Shown here: piece by piece, positions 1 through 8,455 of the stretch | Numbering within the stretch: position 1 is the stretch's first letter | Layout of the letters: each line of letters starts with the position of its first letter | Assembly (NCBI GenBank): GCA_963734495.1 | Contig: CAVTHK010000007.1 | Location: 399,978-463,977 of the forward strand | Length of the DNA: 64,000 nt | DNA from: an uncultured Spirochaetota bacterium | GTDB lineage: Bacteria > Spirochaetota > Spirochaetia > SZUA-6 > CAVTHK01 | Direction: 5' to 3' | Position numbers and translations under genes: made by a program | The notes under the pieces: model-generated | The model's input: the letters and a program-made list of their open reading frames with translations, nothing else | Database searches by the model: none | What the model was told of the DNA's origin: nothing

Positions 1-26
1 GCGGCTTCGCGCGGGGAGGTTTCCCG

Positions 27-1244
27 ATGAGCCTCATGGTTCTCATCCGGACGGCGTGGAAGGCGCTGCAGCGGAATGTCAGCCGGTCCCTCCTGACGAT
101 GCTGGGCATCATCATCGGCGTGGGCGCCGTGATCGCCTCGATGGCCATCGGCGCGGGAGCCCAGGCGGCCGTGCTCAAGCAGATCGAGAGCCTGGGCGCC
201 AACCTGGTGGTCATCACCCCAGGCAGCATCACCAGCGGGGGTGTGAGGCTCGGGGGCGGGACCCGCACGTCGCTGCGACAGACCGACGTCGCCTCCATCG
301 CCGGAATCATCCCGAACGTGGCCGCCGCCGCCCCCTATTCGCAGACCAGCGGGCAGGTGGTTGCCGCGGGCGCCAACTGGTCGACGAGCGTCGGAGGGAC
401 GACTCCTGCCTGGTTCACGATCGGAAGCTGGAACATCGCCCAGGGGCGCATTTTCACCGACGACGAGGTCGCGAGGGTGGCGAAGGTCGCGGTGCTCGGC
501 AGCACGGTGGCCGCGAACCTCTTTCCCACGGGGAGCGGGATCGGGGCGACTGTGGTGATCAAGAGCGTTCCGTTCAAGGTGACCGGAGTGCTCGCCTCGA
601 AAGGGCAGACCGGCTTCGGCAGGGACCAGGACGACGTGGTGATCGTGCCGATCACCTCGCACCAGCAGCTGCTGACGGGTCAGTCGTGGGTCAACAGCAT
701 CCAGGTTTCCGCATCCACTCCGGACGCGGTGCCGGGCGTCATCGACTCCACCGAGCGCCTCATGCGCCTTCTGCACCACTTGTCCCCTCGCGACAGCGAC
801 GACTTCACCATCCGCAACGTGGCGAACGTCCAGCAGGTGCGCATCGCCACCACCCAGACCCAGGCGCTCCTGCTTGCGGCCGTCGCCGTCGTCTCGCTGG
901 TGGTCGGGGGAATCGGGATCATGAACATCATGCTGGTCTCGGTGACCGAGCGTACCCGCGAGATCGGGCTGCGCATGGCCGTCGGCGCCCCCGGCCGCTA
1001 CATTCTGCTGCAGTTCCTCATCGAGGCTCTCATGATGGCGAGCGCCGGCGGCGTGATCGGCATCGGCATGGGCATCGCCACCTCGTACCTGGTGTCGTTG
1101 GTGGGCAATTGGCCGACGGTGATCACGGCGTTCTCCGTCGTCCTCGGATTCGTGTCCGCCGTGGTCACAGGGGTCGTGTTCGGATTCTACCCCGCCCAGC
1201 GGGCGGCCGCCCTGGACCCGATCGACGCCCTGCGTTACGAGTAG
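27..1244 (+). CDS. MacB/FtsX-family ABC transporter permease
   Basis: RSLLTMLGIIIGV N-terminus, GGIGIMNIMLVSVTERTREIGLRMAVGA, C-terminal LDPIDALRYE; GGAGG upstream. Confidence 0.95.
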   Translation: MSLMVLIRTAWKALQRNVSRSLLTMLGIIIGVGAVIASMAIGAGAQAAVLKQIESLGANLVVITPGSITSGGVRLGGGTRTSLRQTDVASIAGIIPNVAAAAPYSQTSGQVVAAGANWSTSVGGTTPAWFTIGSWNIAQGRIFTDDEVARVAKVAVLGSTVAANLFPTGSGIGATVVIKSVPFKVTGVLASKGQTGFGRDQDDVVIVPITSHQQLLTGQSWVNSIQVSASTPDAVPGVIDSTERLMRLLHHLSPRDSDDFTIRNVANVQQVRIATTQTQALLLAAVAVVSLVVGGIGIMNIMLVSVTERTREIGLRMAVGAPGRYILLQFLIEALMMASAGGVIGIGMGIATSYLVSLVGNWPTVITAFSVVLGFVSAVVTGVVFGFYPAQRAAALDPIDALRYE

Positions 1245-1286
1245 AGCGAGCGCGCGCGTCGGCCTCTCGCGCACGGCGCCGGCTGT

Positions 1287-3445
1287 CTACCCCGCGAGCG
1301 CGTCCAGTATCGCGATGTAGGAGTCGGTCTCCTTTCGGAAATCCTTCAGGAAGGAGTTGTCCTCGACGCGGCCCAGGACGGCGATCATCTCCTCATCGCT
1401 CTCGTACAACATCCTCCGATAGGGGTCCTCGTAGTCCTTTCGGCGGGATGAATACGCCGAGTCGCAGACGGAGGCAAAGGTGTCGCGCGTGGTGCGCAGA
1501 AGCGACTTCCACCCGCCGGCGTCCATGGAGCCGATCTCGAGCTGCGAGCGCCTGCTCGAGCACGAAGAGGGCGTAGCGGGCCTTCTTCTGCGGATAGCCG
1601 GCCCAGAGCTCGTTGTAGCGAGCATGCACCGCGTCCCAGCTCGCCGAGGGATCCCGGACTTGAGGTCGGCCTTGAGCGCGTCGAGGTCCTTCTTCGCGAT
1701 GACCTGGCCCCCGCAGTTCACCCACTGCTCGGCGTTCTCCGTCGAATGGAGAGACTCGACCCCCTTGAGAAAGGACGGGAGGGAGGTTCGGGTGTCGGCT
1801 CGGAGGAAGTCGACGAGCGTCTTGACCGCGAAGTACGCGCAGAAGTCGCGGTAGTGCTTCCAGCCCCGTGCGGGCTTCTCGATGCGTCCGCCGAAGCGTT
1901 TCATGCACGCCGCGTCTTCGAGCGCGCTCTCGTCGCCGCGCGATCGCGACGAGGATTTCGCGTCCCGTCGCGCGCGGCGTCGGCGGCCCCGCCGCCCCGG
2001 CCGCGCAGGAGTCTCCAGCCGGGCCATCGCCGCCAGGATCTCCTGCACGGTGTCGGGGGCGAGGTAGTCGATCTCGATGTTCTGGTCCCTCACCTTGCGC
2101 AGGTCGCGCCTGCGGAACTTCCAGGAATTGCGGGCCATCGCGTACATGTTGTGCACGAACCAGTACGCGGGCATGAGATGCACGGCCTCGTCCGCGGGGT
2201 CGAGAAAGACCAGGGAGAACGGGTACGGGATGTCCAGCTCGTAGGAATACGAGCCCTTGGCCACGAGGACGAACGACGCGAAGCGGCTGTTGTGCTTGAA
2301 GTTGGTGCACAGCCCGGGCCAGAACCCGCGGCCCGCCACGATCTCGCCGTCGGGGGCGCGGGAGTTGTGGTTGGAGCCGATGGTGGCCCCCGCCGCGATG
2401 TTCGACTGCCCCATGATCGTCGCGGCGATGAGGAACGAGTTGTTGTGATGCTGCTCGTGGAACGGGAAGATGAGGTTGTTGAGCAGCTCGCAGCAGGAGA
2501 CCGTGGAATTGTCCCCGAGCACCGAGTTCAGCAGGCGCGCGCCGTACTTGAGCTGGACGTTGCGCCCGGTCACGAAGCGGATCGCCTTGGCCTCGTAGAA
2601 GATGCGGTTGCCGTATCCCACGATCCCGTTGACGAGCTCGACGCCCTCGCCGATCTGCGGAGCTTCTCGTCGCTGGACGACAGGATGGTGATGTTCTTGA
2701 GCTTGTTGGCGCCCTTGACGTAGGCGTCGGTGCCGATCTTGACGTCCTTGATGATGCCGCAGTCCTTGATGACGGTGCGGGCGCCGACCTCTCCGTAGGT
2801 CCCGCGCTCGGGGCTGAACCGCGCCTCGGTGATCTCGACGAGCCGCGCGAGGAGCTTCTCGTCGCCGCGGTGCTTCGACCACACCTAGGCGTCGGCGGGG
2901 AGCATGCCCTCGAACGGAAGAATCGCCCTGCCCGCGTTCTCGTTGCCGACCTCGAGCCAGATCCTGACGCCCTCTTCCTCCCCCTTCTTGAGCACGCCGT
3001 TGCCGAACTTCGCGTGATTGGTGCAGAGCATCTCGTCGACGTTGAAGATGATGCAGGAGTCGCCGATCGTGTAGTGCGCGAGGTAGTGCACGTCGCGGAT
3101 CGCCACGTTGTTCCCGATGCGGCATGACATGATGGTGGAGTTGCGGATGCCCACGGGGAGCCTGAGGTCGTGGTACTCGACGAACTTGGGCTCGAGGTCG
3201 CCAAAGAGCACGCGGCCGTAGAATTCGCAGTTGATGATCAGGTTTGGAGTGAATGCCTCGGTGACGAGGATGTCCTCCCAGCTTTCCGCGTAGTTGTTGT
3301 TCTTGACGAGGGCGGCGATCTCGTCGGCGTGGAGCGCCCGGAGCCTGGCGCTGCCGCGGCCGTCGTCAGCGCCGCCGTCACGGCCCCCGGGCATAAAGGT
3401 GCTCGAGATGTCTTCGATCGGTTCTATATGGATGGTGTCCGACAT
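1287..3445 (-). CDS. DUF4954 family protein (beta-helix-like repeats), interrupted by an in-frame TAG at 2885-2887 and several indels
   Basis: Pieces 2885-3445, 2570-2884 and 1287-~2660 join into one protein with HEQHHNNSFLIA, GATIGSNHNSRAPDGEIVAGRGFWPGLC, MPAYWFVHNMYAMARN. Confidence 0.8.
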
Positions 3446-3452
3446 GAGCTGG

Positions 3453-3458
3453 ATTATA
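3453..3458 (-). promoter_or_regulatory. -10 element TATAAT 7 nt upstream of the DUF4954 ATG (leaderless-type)
   Basis: Minus strand reads TATAAT-ccagctc-ATG, no Shine-Dalgarno. Confidence 0.6.
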
Positions 3459-3547
3459 GGTTCAGGCGGCCGGGCCGTCCATAAAAGGTTTTGACGCGTC
3501 GACATCGAGCCCCTAAACTGGGGCGATCAGCGCCGAGGAGGGGCAAC

Positions 3548-4507
3548 GTGGGCTTAACAGTAGCGGTGACCAGGAATTTCGATCACATGAGCGAAGTGGC
3601 CGCGGTCATCTTTGGCAGGACGCTCGACCGGGTGCTCAAGGAAAAGAAGGAGGCCGTTCTCGGGCTCGCGACGGGGAGCTCCCCCACGGGGCTGTACAAG
3701 CATCTCGCCAGGGCGGCCAACGCCGGCGAGCTCGACGCGAGGCGCGTGCGCACCTTCAACCTGGACGAATACATCGGGCTGCCGGGGGACAACGCCCAGC
3801 AGCGGGTGCTCCACCCGGAAAGCTATGCCTTCTTCATGATCCAGGAGCTCTTCTCCCTGCTCAACCCCAGGTTCGCGGAAACCAGCCTGCCTGGCGGAGC
3901 GCTCGTCGAGCAGGACACGCTCGAGGAGGAGATGGCGCGCAACCCCCGCGACTGGGAATACCGCGGCGACGGCAGCGGGAAATCGCTTGTCATCAAGGAT
4001 TCGGCAGCCTCGAAGTACCTCGCGTGGGTCAGGGACGAGATCCAGAGGGGCTACGAGCGCCGGATCAAGGCGGCCGGGGGCATCGATATTCAGGTCATAG
4101 GGGTCGGAGGCAACGGGCACGTCGCCTTTCACGAGTCGGGGATCCCGTTCGAGGGGAGCCGGGTGCTGATCGTCAGGATGGACGAAAAGACGATCCGCGA
4201 CGCGGTTGCCGACGGCCACTTCGCGACGGAAAGGGAGAGCCCTCGCTTTGCGGTGAGCATGGGAGCCGAGCTCGTGTACGAGGCACGAAACATCGTCCTG
4301 CTCGCCAGCGGCGAGAGAAAGCGCGTCCCGGTCGCCCGGAGCCTCCTCGAAGAGCCGAGCCCGCGGGTCCCCATCTCCTGCGGGCAGACCTACGCGAAGC
4401 GCGGCGGGAACCTCGTCTACGTCGTCGACGCCATGGCCGGCGCGGATCTCGTAAGCTCCGGGCCGGCTCTCGCGAGGCGCGGGATAGAGCTGCAGGACAT
4501 GCGCTGA
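3548..4507 (+). CDS. Glucosamine-6-phosphate deaminase (NagB)-like protein with internal insertion
   Basis: LGLATGSSP, TFNLDEYIGL, GGIDIQVIGVGGNGHVAFHE; GTG start after GAGGAG. Confidence 0.8.
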   Translation: MGLTVAVTRNFDHMSEVAAVIFGRTLDRVLKEKKEAVLGLATGSSPTGLYKHLARAANAGELDARRVRTFNLDEYIGLPGDNAQQRVLHPESYAFFMIQELFSLLNPRFAETSLPGGALVEQDTLEEEMARNPRDWEYRGDGSGKSLVIKDSAASKYLAWVRDEIQRGYERRIKAAGGIDIQVIGVGGNGHVAFHESGIPFEGSRVLIVRMDEKTIRDAVADGHFATERESPRFAVSMGAELVYEARNIVLLASGERKRVPVARSLLEEPSPRVPISCGQTYAKRGGNLVYVVDAMAGADLVSSGPALARRGIELQDMR

Positions 4508-4603
4508 GCACTCGGCCCCCGCGCGGTTGACAGGCGGGCCTCGCCCGCGAAGACTCGAGCGACGCGCCGGCAGGCGAATCCCCGGAGCACGGAGGAAGAG
4601 GAG

Positions 4604-5650
4604 ATGCAGGAAACGCGGGTCGATGGGCGCGAGCTTCAGGATTTCACAACGAAGGTCTTCGCGGGGCTGGGCATGCCCCTCGCCGACGCGGCGAAAGAAG
4701 CGGAGGTGCTGGTGTGGGCCAACCTGCGCGGCGTGGATTCCCACGGGGTCCAGCGCGTCGCCGAGTACAGCCGCGCCGTCGACGAAGGGCGCATGAACGT
4801 GCGCCCGAAGATCCGCGTCGAAAAGGAGACGGCGGCGATCCTGCTGATAGAAGCCGATCGGGCCTTCGGGCCCGTCGTCACCACGCTGGCGATGGACAAG
4901 GTGATCGCCAAGGCGCGCCAGGTCGGCATCGGGTGGGCCTTGATCCGCAACACGACTCACCAGGGCGCCATGGCCTACTACTCGCGCATCGCCGCCGAAC
5001 AGGGGCTGGCCGGACTCGCCGTCGTCTGCAATCCGCCTAACACGGCCCCTCCCGGCGCGAAGGCGGCCGGCGTCCACAACAGCCCGATCTCGATCGCGGT
5101 GCCTGGCGGGAGCCACGGCCCGCTCTGCCTCGACATGGCCACGAGCGTGGCCGCATGGGGCAAGGTGCAGGTCGCCATCGACAAGGGCGTCCCCATCCCG
5201 GAGGACTGGGCCCTCGACGCGCAGGGACGGCCCACCACCGATCCCGCGACCGCCAAGCTCCTGCGGCCGGCCGGCTCCTACAAGGGCTACGGTCTCGCGC
5301 TGCTCTTCGAGTGCCTGTCGAGCCTGATGGTGGGGAACCCGCTGCTGACCTCGACCATTCTGCAGCGCAATCCGGTGCTGCCGGGCACGCAGAACAGCTT
5401 CGTGGCGGCCATCGATGTCGCGCAGTTCACCGACGTCGAGGAGTACAGGCGGAACGTGGACCAGCTCGTGGAAACGATGCGCGGGCTGCCCGTGGTCGCG
5501 GGAGCGCCGTCGATCATGGTGCCCGGCGACCCCGAGGAGCGCGTCTACCGTGAGCGGGCGAGCAAGGGCATCCCTGTGCCGCCCGGAACGGCCGCGAAAT
5601 TGCGCGCGGCTGCGGAGAGGTTCAAGCTCAAATTGCCTGCGGGTCTCTAG
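4604..5650 (+). CDS. Ldh_2 family (type 2 malate/L-lactate dehydrogenase-like) oxidoreductase
   Basis: ANLRGVDSHG, NTTHQGA, LDMATS, G-PTTDP, YKGYGL. Confidence 0.9.
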   Translation: MQETRVDGRELQDFTTKVFAGLGMPLADAAKEAEVLVWANLRGVDSHGVQRVAEYSRAVDEGRMNVRPKIRVEKETAAILLIEADRAFGPVVTTLAMDKVIAKARQVGIGWALIRNTTHQGAMAYYSRIAAEQGLAGLAVVCNPPNTAPPGAKAAGVHNSPISIAVPGGSHGPLCLDMATSVAAWGKVQVAIDKGVPIPEDWALDAQGRPTTDPATAKLLRPAGSYKGYGLALLFECLSSLMVGNPLLTSTILQRNPVLPGTQNSFVAAIDVAQFTDVEEYRRNVDQLVETMRGLPVVAGAPSIMVPGDPEERVYRERASKGIPVPPGTAAKLRAAAERFKLKLPAGL

Positions 5651-5673
5651 GCCGCCCGGCGGCGGCCTTCAAC

Positions 5674-6318
5674 CTACTCTTCTGTGACTCTGCGCCGCGC
5701 CGCGACGAATCGGGCGAAGTCGTTGAGGTTGCGGATCACGATCTTGTCGGGGAACACCTCGAGGCGGCGCTGCGTCACGAAGTGATTGATGACGTTGCGG
5801 ACCTTGTCCGGCGGCATGCCCGCCCAGTGCGCGACGTCGTCGACCGTGGACTGGATCTGCACGTTGCGGCCGTCGGCGGCATCCTCCCCCCGGGGCTGGG
5901 CCTCGGCGAGCATGAGGAACACGTCGGCCACCCGCGCCTCGGGGTCCGTGAGCGTGAGAATCATGAAGCGGCGCTTCTGATCGTAGATGCGCTTGGTGAA
6001 GAGCTTGAGCAGCTTCATCGCGATCTGCGGATTGCCCTGCATGAGGATCTCGAAGTTCTCGCGGTTGAACTCGAGGGCCGTGACCTTGTCGAGCGCGATC
6101 GCGGTCGCCGAGCGGGGGGCCTCTTCCAGAATCGCCATCTCCCCGAACATCTCGCCGGGCTGGAGGATGTCGACGGTCTTCTGCAGGTCGCCCATGATCC
6201 TCACGATCTCGACCCTGCCGGACTGGATGAGGTAGAAGGCGTCTCCGGGCTCGAACTCGCAGAAGATGATGTCGCCCTTCTGGAAGGTCTTGGCGAAGCG
6301 CTGGAACATCGAGCTCAC
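5674..6318 (-). CDS. Crp/Fnr-family cNMP-binding regulator
   Basis: GEMFGEMAILEEAPRSATA cNMP cassette plus C-terminal HTH-like segment. Confidence 0.9.
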   Translation of the reverse strand: MSSMFQRFAKTFQKGDIIFCEFEPGDAFYLIQSGRVEIVRIMGDLQKTVDILQPGEMFGEMAILEEAPRSATAIALDKVTALEFNRENFEILMQGNPQIAMKLLKLFTKRIYDQKRRFMILTLTDPEARVADVFLMLAEAQPRGEDAADGRNVQIQSTVDDVAHWAGMPPDKVRNVINHFVTQRRLEVFPDKIVIRNLNDFARFVAARRRVTEE

Positions 6319-7352
6319 TGAGGAGCCCCTTCGAGGTCGCGCATCGCCTTGCGCACCTTGCGGTGCAGGGCGTCCGTCTCCTTGGTCATGGTGAGGAGCC
6401 TGCGGTACAGCCCCTCCGCCTTGGCCTTCTGCCCGAGCTGGGTCTGCGATTGCGCCACGTAGTAGATCGCCTCCGCGACGTCGGGGTGCTTGGGATAGGC
6501 CTGGACGAGCTCGGAGAAGGACTTGATCGAATCGCTGTAGCGCTTGAGGAAGAAGTGGCAGCGCCCGATCTCGAAGCGGCTCTTGGCGGCGTACTCCTGC
6601 TCGGCGCCGCCCGCGATGATCTCGCGGAACGCCTTGAGCGCCTCGTCGTACTTTTCCGCGGTGACGAGGCTCACGGCATCGTAGAAGCGCTGGCCTGTCC
6701 CGGAGAGCTCGCGGCTCTTCTCGGGCCGGGCCGCGGGGGCGGCGGCGCCCGCGGCGGCGGGAGCGGGAGCGGCGACGGCCGGCGCGGCGCCGGGGCCCCT
6801 GCCCTGCCCGTACTTCCCGAGCGCCTGCTCCGCGGACTCGAGGTGCCTGGTCGCCAGGTCCGCGTGCTTCCCCGACGGGTAGTACGTGAGGTAGCGGCCG
6901 AAAGCGTAGATCGCCTGCGCGTACAGGCGGCTCTTGAGGTAGTACTCCGCTATGCTGAAGAGGCCCGCCTCCGGGTTGCTCTGCTCGTCGAGCGCCATCA
7001 GGCTCTGCACGCGCTTGTGGATGCGGCGGAGCTGGTTCGAGAACACCTGGAGCATCTTCATGACGACCCGGATGTTCTTGGACGCCATCGCCTCGAAGTC
7101 AGGGACCGACATCGAGATGCACTTGGCGTCGGTGAGCGCGATCGCGGTCTCGTCGCGGGGGTAGCGGCCGAGGGCCGACTTGACGCCGAAGAACTCGCCC
7201 GTCTTGACGAGCTCGTGGACGTCCTGCCCGGTCTCGACGTCCATGTACTTGATCGTCACCTTGCCCGCGTTCAGGATGAAGACCCGGTCGCTGATGTCGC
7301 CTTTGAAGTAGATGATGTTGTTCGGTCGGTAGCTAACGGCCTTCGGCGGCAC
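6315..7352 (-). CDS. cNMP-binding domain plus TPR protein
   Basis: N-terminal cNMP fold (GEFFG..YPR), TPR helices (AIYAFGRYLTYYPSG; YPKHPDVAEAIYY); overlaps the Crp gene by 4 nt. Confidence 0.85.
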   Translation of the reverse strand: MPPKAVSYRPNNIIYFKGDISDRVFILNAGKVTIKYMDVETGQDVHELVKTGEFFGVKSALGRYPRDETAIALTDAKCISMSVPDFEAMASKNIRVVMKMLQVFSNQLRRIHKRVQSLMALDEQSNPEAGLFSIAEYYLKSRLYAQAIYAFGRYLTYYPSGKHADLATRHLESAEQALGKYGQGRGPGAAPAVAAPAPAAAGAAAPAARPEKSRELSGTGQRFYDAVSLVTAEKYDEALKAFREIIAGGAEQEYAAKSRFEIGRCHFFLKRYSDSIKSFSELVQAYPKHPDVAEAIYYVAQSQTQLGQKAKAEGLYRRLLTMTKETDALHRKVRKAMRDLEGAPQ

Positions 7353-7367
7353 TCTTTTCAGCTCCCG

Positions 7368-8333
7368 CTACAGACTTTCCGTCCTGGCCTCTGGCGCTGG
7401 CCCGCCGTACTCGGCGGCGTTGAGACTCATCGGCGGCTCACACGGATTGTAAGTTTTGGCGTTGCGTCTGTCAACTTGCCCGACACTTGCCCGACAGAAC
7501 GGGGCCGGCACGCACGGCCTTGCCGCGAGGCTCAGCGCATCGCCAGCGGGCTCGGCCGACACGAGGCAGACGGCGCGCCCCCACGAGTCCACGGCGCGCC
7601 TGGGGTTGAGCTGGTCGGTCGTCCGCTCCCCGTCGACGAGGAAGACGTAGGAGTGCGGGCCCGGCGGCAGCCTCAGGTCGATCGTGTACTCGCCGGGGGT
7701 GTCTTCGGCGAGGACGTGCATGTAGGGGTCCCACCGGTTGAAGTCTGCGACCAGCGCCACCCGCCTGCCGGGGTCTCCGAGGTAGCGGAAGCGCACGAGC
7801 CCGTCCGGCATCCATTCCGGGCTTCCGGGGGGCTTGATGTCGCGTGGATTGACCTCGATCACGGACCAGTCCAGCCGCGTGGCCTGGTCGAAGGTCCGCG
7901 CCGGGTTGTCCGGGTCCGGCATCCACAGCCCGTCGATCGTGACGCGGTACAGGAGCCGGCCATCGGGCGGCAGGCTCACCGTCGAGAGGTCCAGAGCCAG
8001 GACGAATATGGTGAAGGTTCCCGCGCCGCCGGGCGTCGTCGAGCGCCGGGTGATGCGGCCGTACACGTGCAGCGTCGGATCGTCGCGAAAGCGCAGCGCC
8101 ACGTAGCGGGTGGGCGCCGCGGTCCGGTGGGCCAGGATGACCGTGCTGCCGTAGAGCTCCGGCGCGATCCCGGTATCGAGCGTTGCGATACGGTGCGAGG
8201 GCGAGAGGTAGACGCCGCCGGGCGCGGCCGCCTGGGCCGCGAGGGAGAGACAGGCGGCCATGAACACGGCCGCTGCCGCGGCGCGGCGGGCCTGGCCACG
8301 CCCGGATGCCGGCTTGGAGACGCGCGCGCTCAT
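7368..8333 (-). CDS. Exported glycogen-binding (CBM48/AMPK-beta-like) domain protein; true stop probably near 7532
   Basis: Signal-like N-terminus; YRVTIDGLWMPDPDNP; VALVADFNRWDP...YVFLVDG; the ORF tail overlaps the next promoter. Confidence 0.75.
   Translation of the reverse strand: MSARVSKPASGRGQARRAAAAAVFMAACLSLAAQAAAPGGVYLSPSHRIATLDTGIAPELYGSTVILAHRTAAPTRYVALRFRDDPTLHVYGRITRRSTTPGGAGTFTIFVLALDLSTVSLPPDGRLLYRVTIDGLWMPDPDNPARTFDQATRLDWSVIEVNPRDIKPPGSPEWMPDGLVRFRYLGDPGRRVALVADFNRWDPYMHVLAEDTPGEYTIDLRLPPGPHSYVFLVDGERTTDQLNPRRAVDSWGRAVCLVSAEPAGDALSLAARPCVPAPFCRASVGQVDRRNAKTYNPCEPPMSLNAAEYGGPAPEARTESL
7446..7474 (-). promoter_or_regulatory. sigma70-type promoter of the cNMP-TPR/Crp operon
   Basis: Minus strand TTGACA-17 bp-TACAAT. 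Confidence 0.7.
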
Positions 8334-8365
8334 GCTATATTGGTTTTCGGCGCGGTTTCGCGGCC

Positions 8366-8393
8366 GCTTGAGCGTGCTTGAGCGTGCTTGAGC
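8366..8393. repeat. Tandem 10-bp repeat GCTTGAGCGT x ~2.8 in a divergent promoter region
   Basis: gcttgagcgt gcttgagcgt gcttgagc. Confidence 0.85.
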
Positions 8394-8455
8394 CGACGCG
8401 ATTCGCGTGATAATCCCTTCCCGAGGGAAGGCCGAAATTCGCAATAGGAGGCTTC

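Noticed and set aside
2885-2887. Amber recoding or pyrrolysine in DUF4954
   Set aside because: TAG acts as a normal stop for several genes here (e.g. 1242-1244, fucI); a single case in an error-rich sequence is not evidence.
7353-7445. c-di-GMP-I riboswitch-like words (GGACGGAAAG..GTAGCGGG) in the cNMP-TPR leader
   Set aside because: I could not build the required P1/P2/P3 stems or tetraloop-receptor by eye; an Infernal/Rfam search would be needed.
7368-7531. C-terminal extension of the CBM protein
   Set aside because: It runs through a strong promoter for the next operon; probably read-through caused by an indel.
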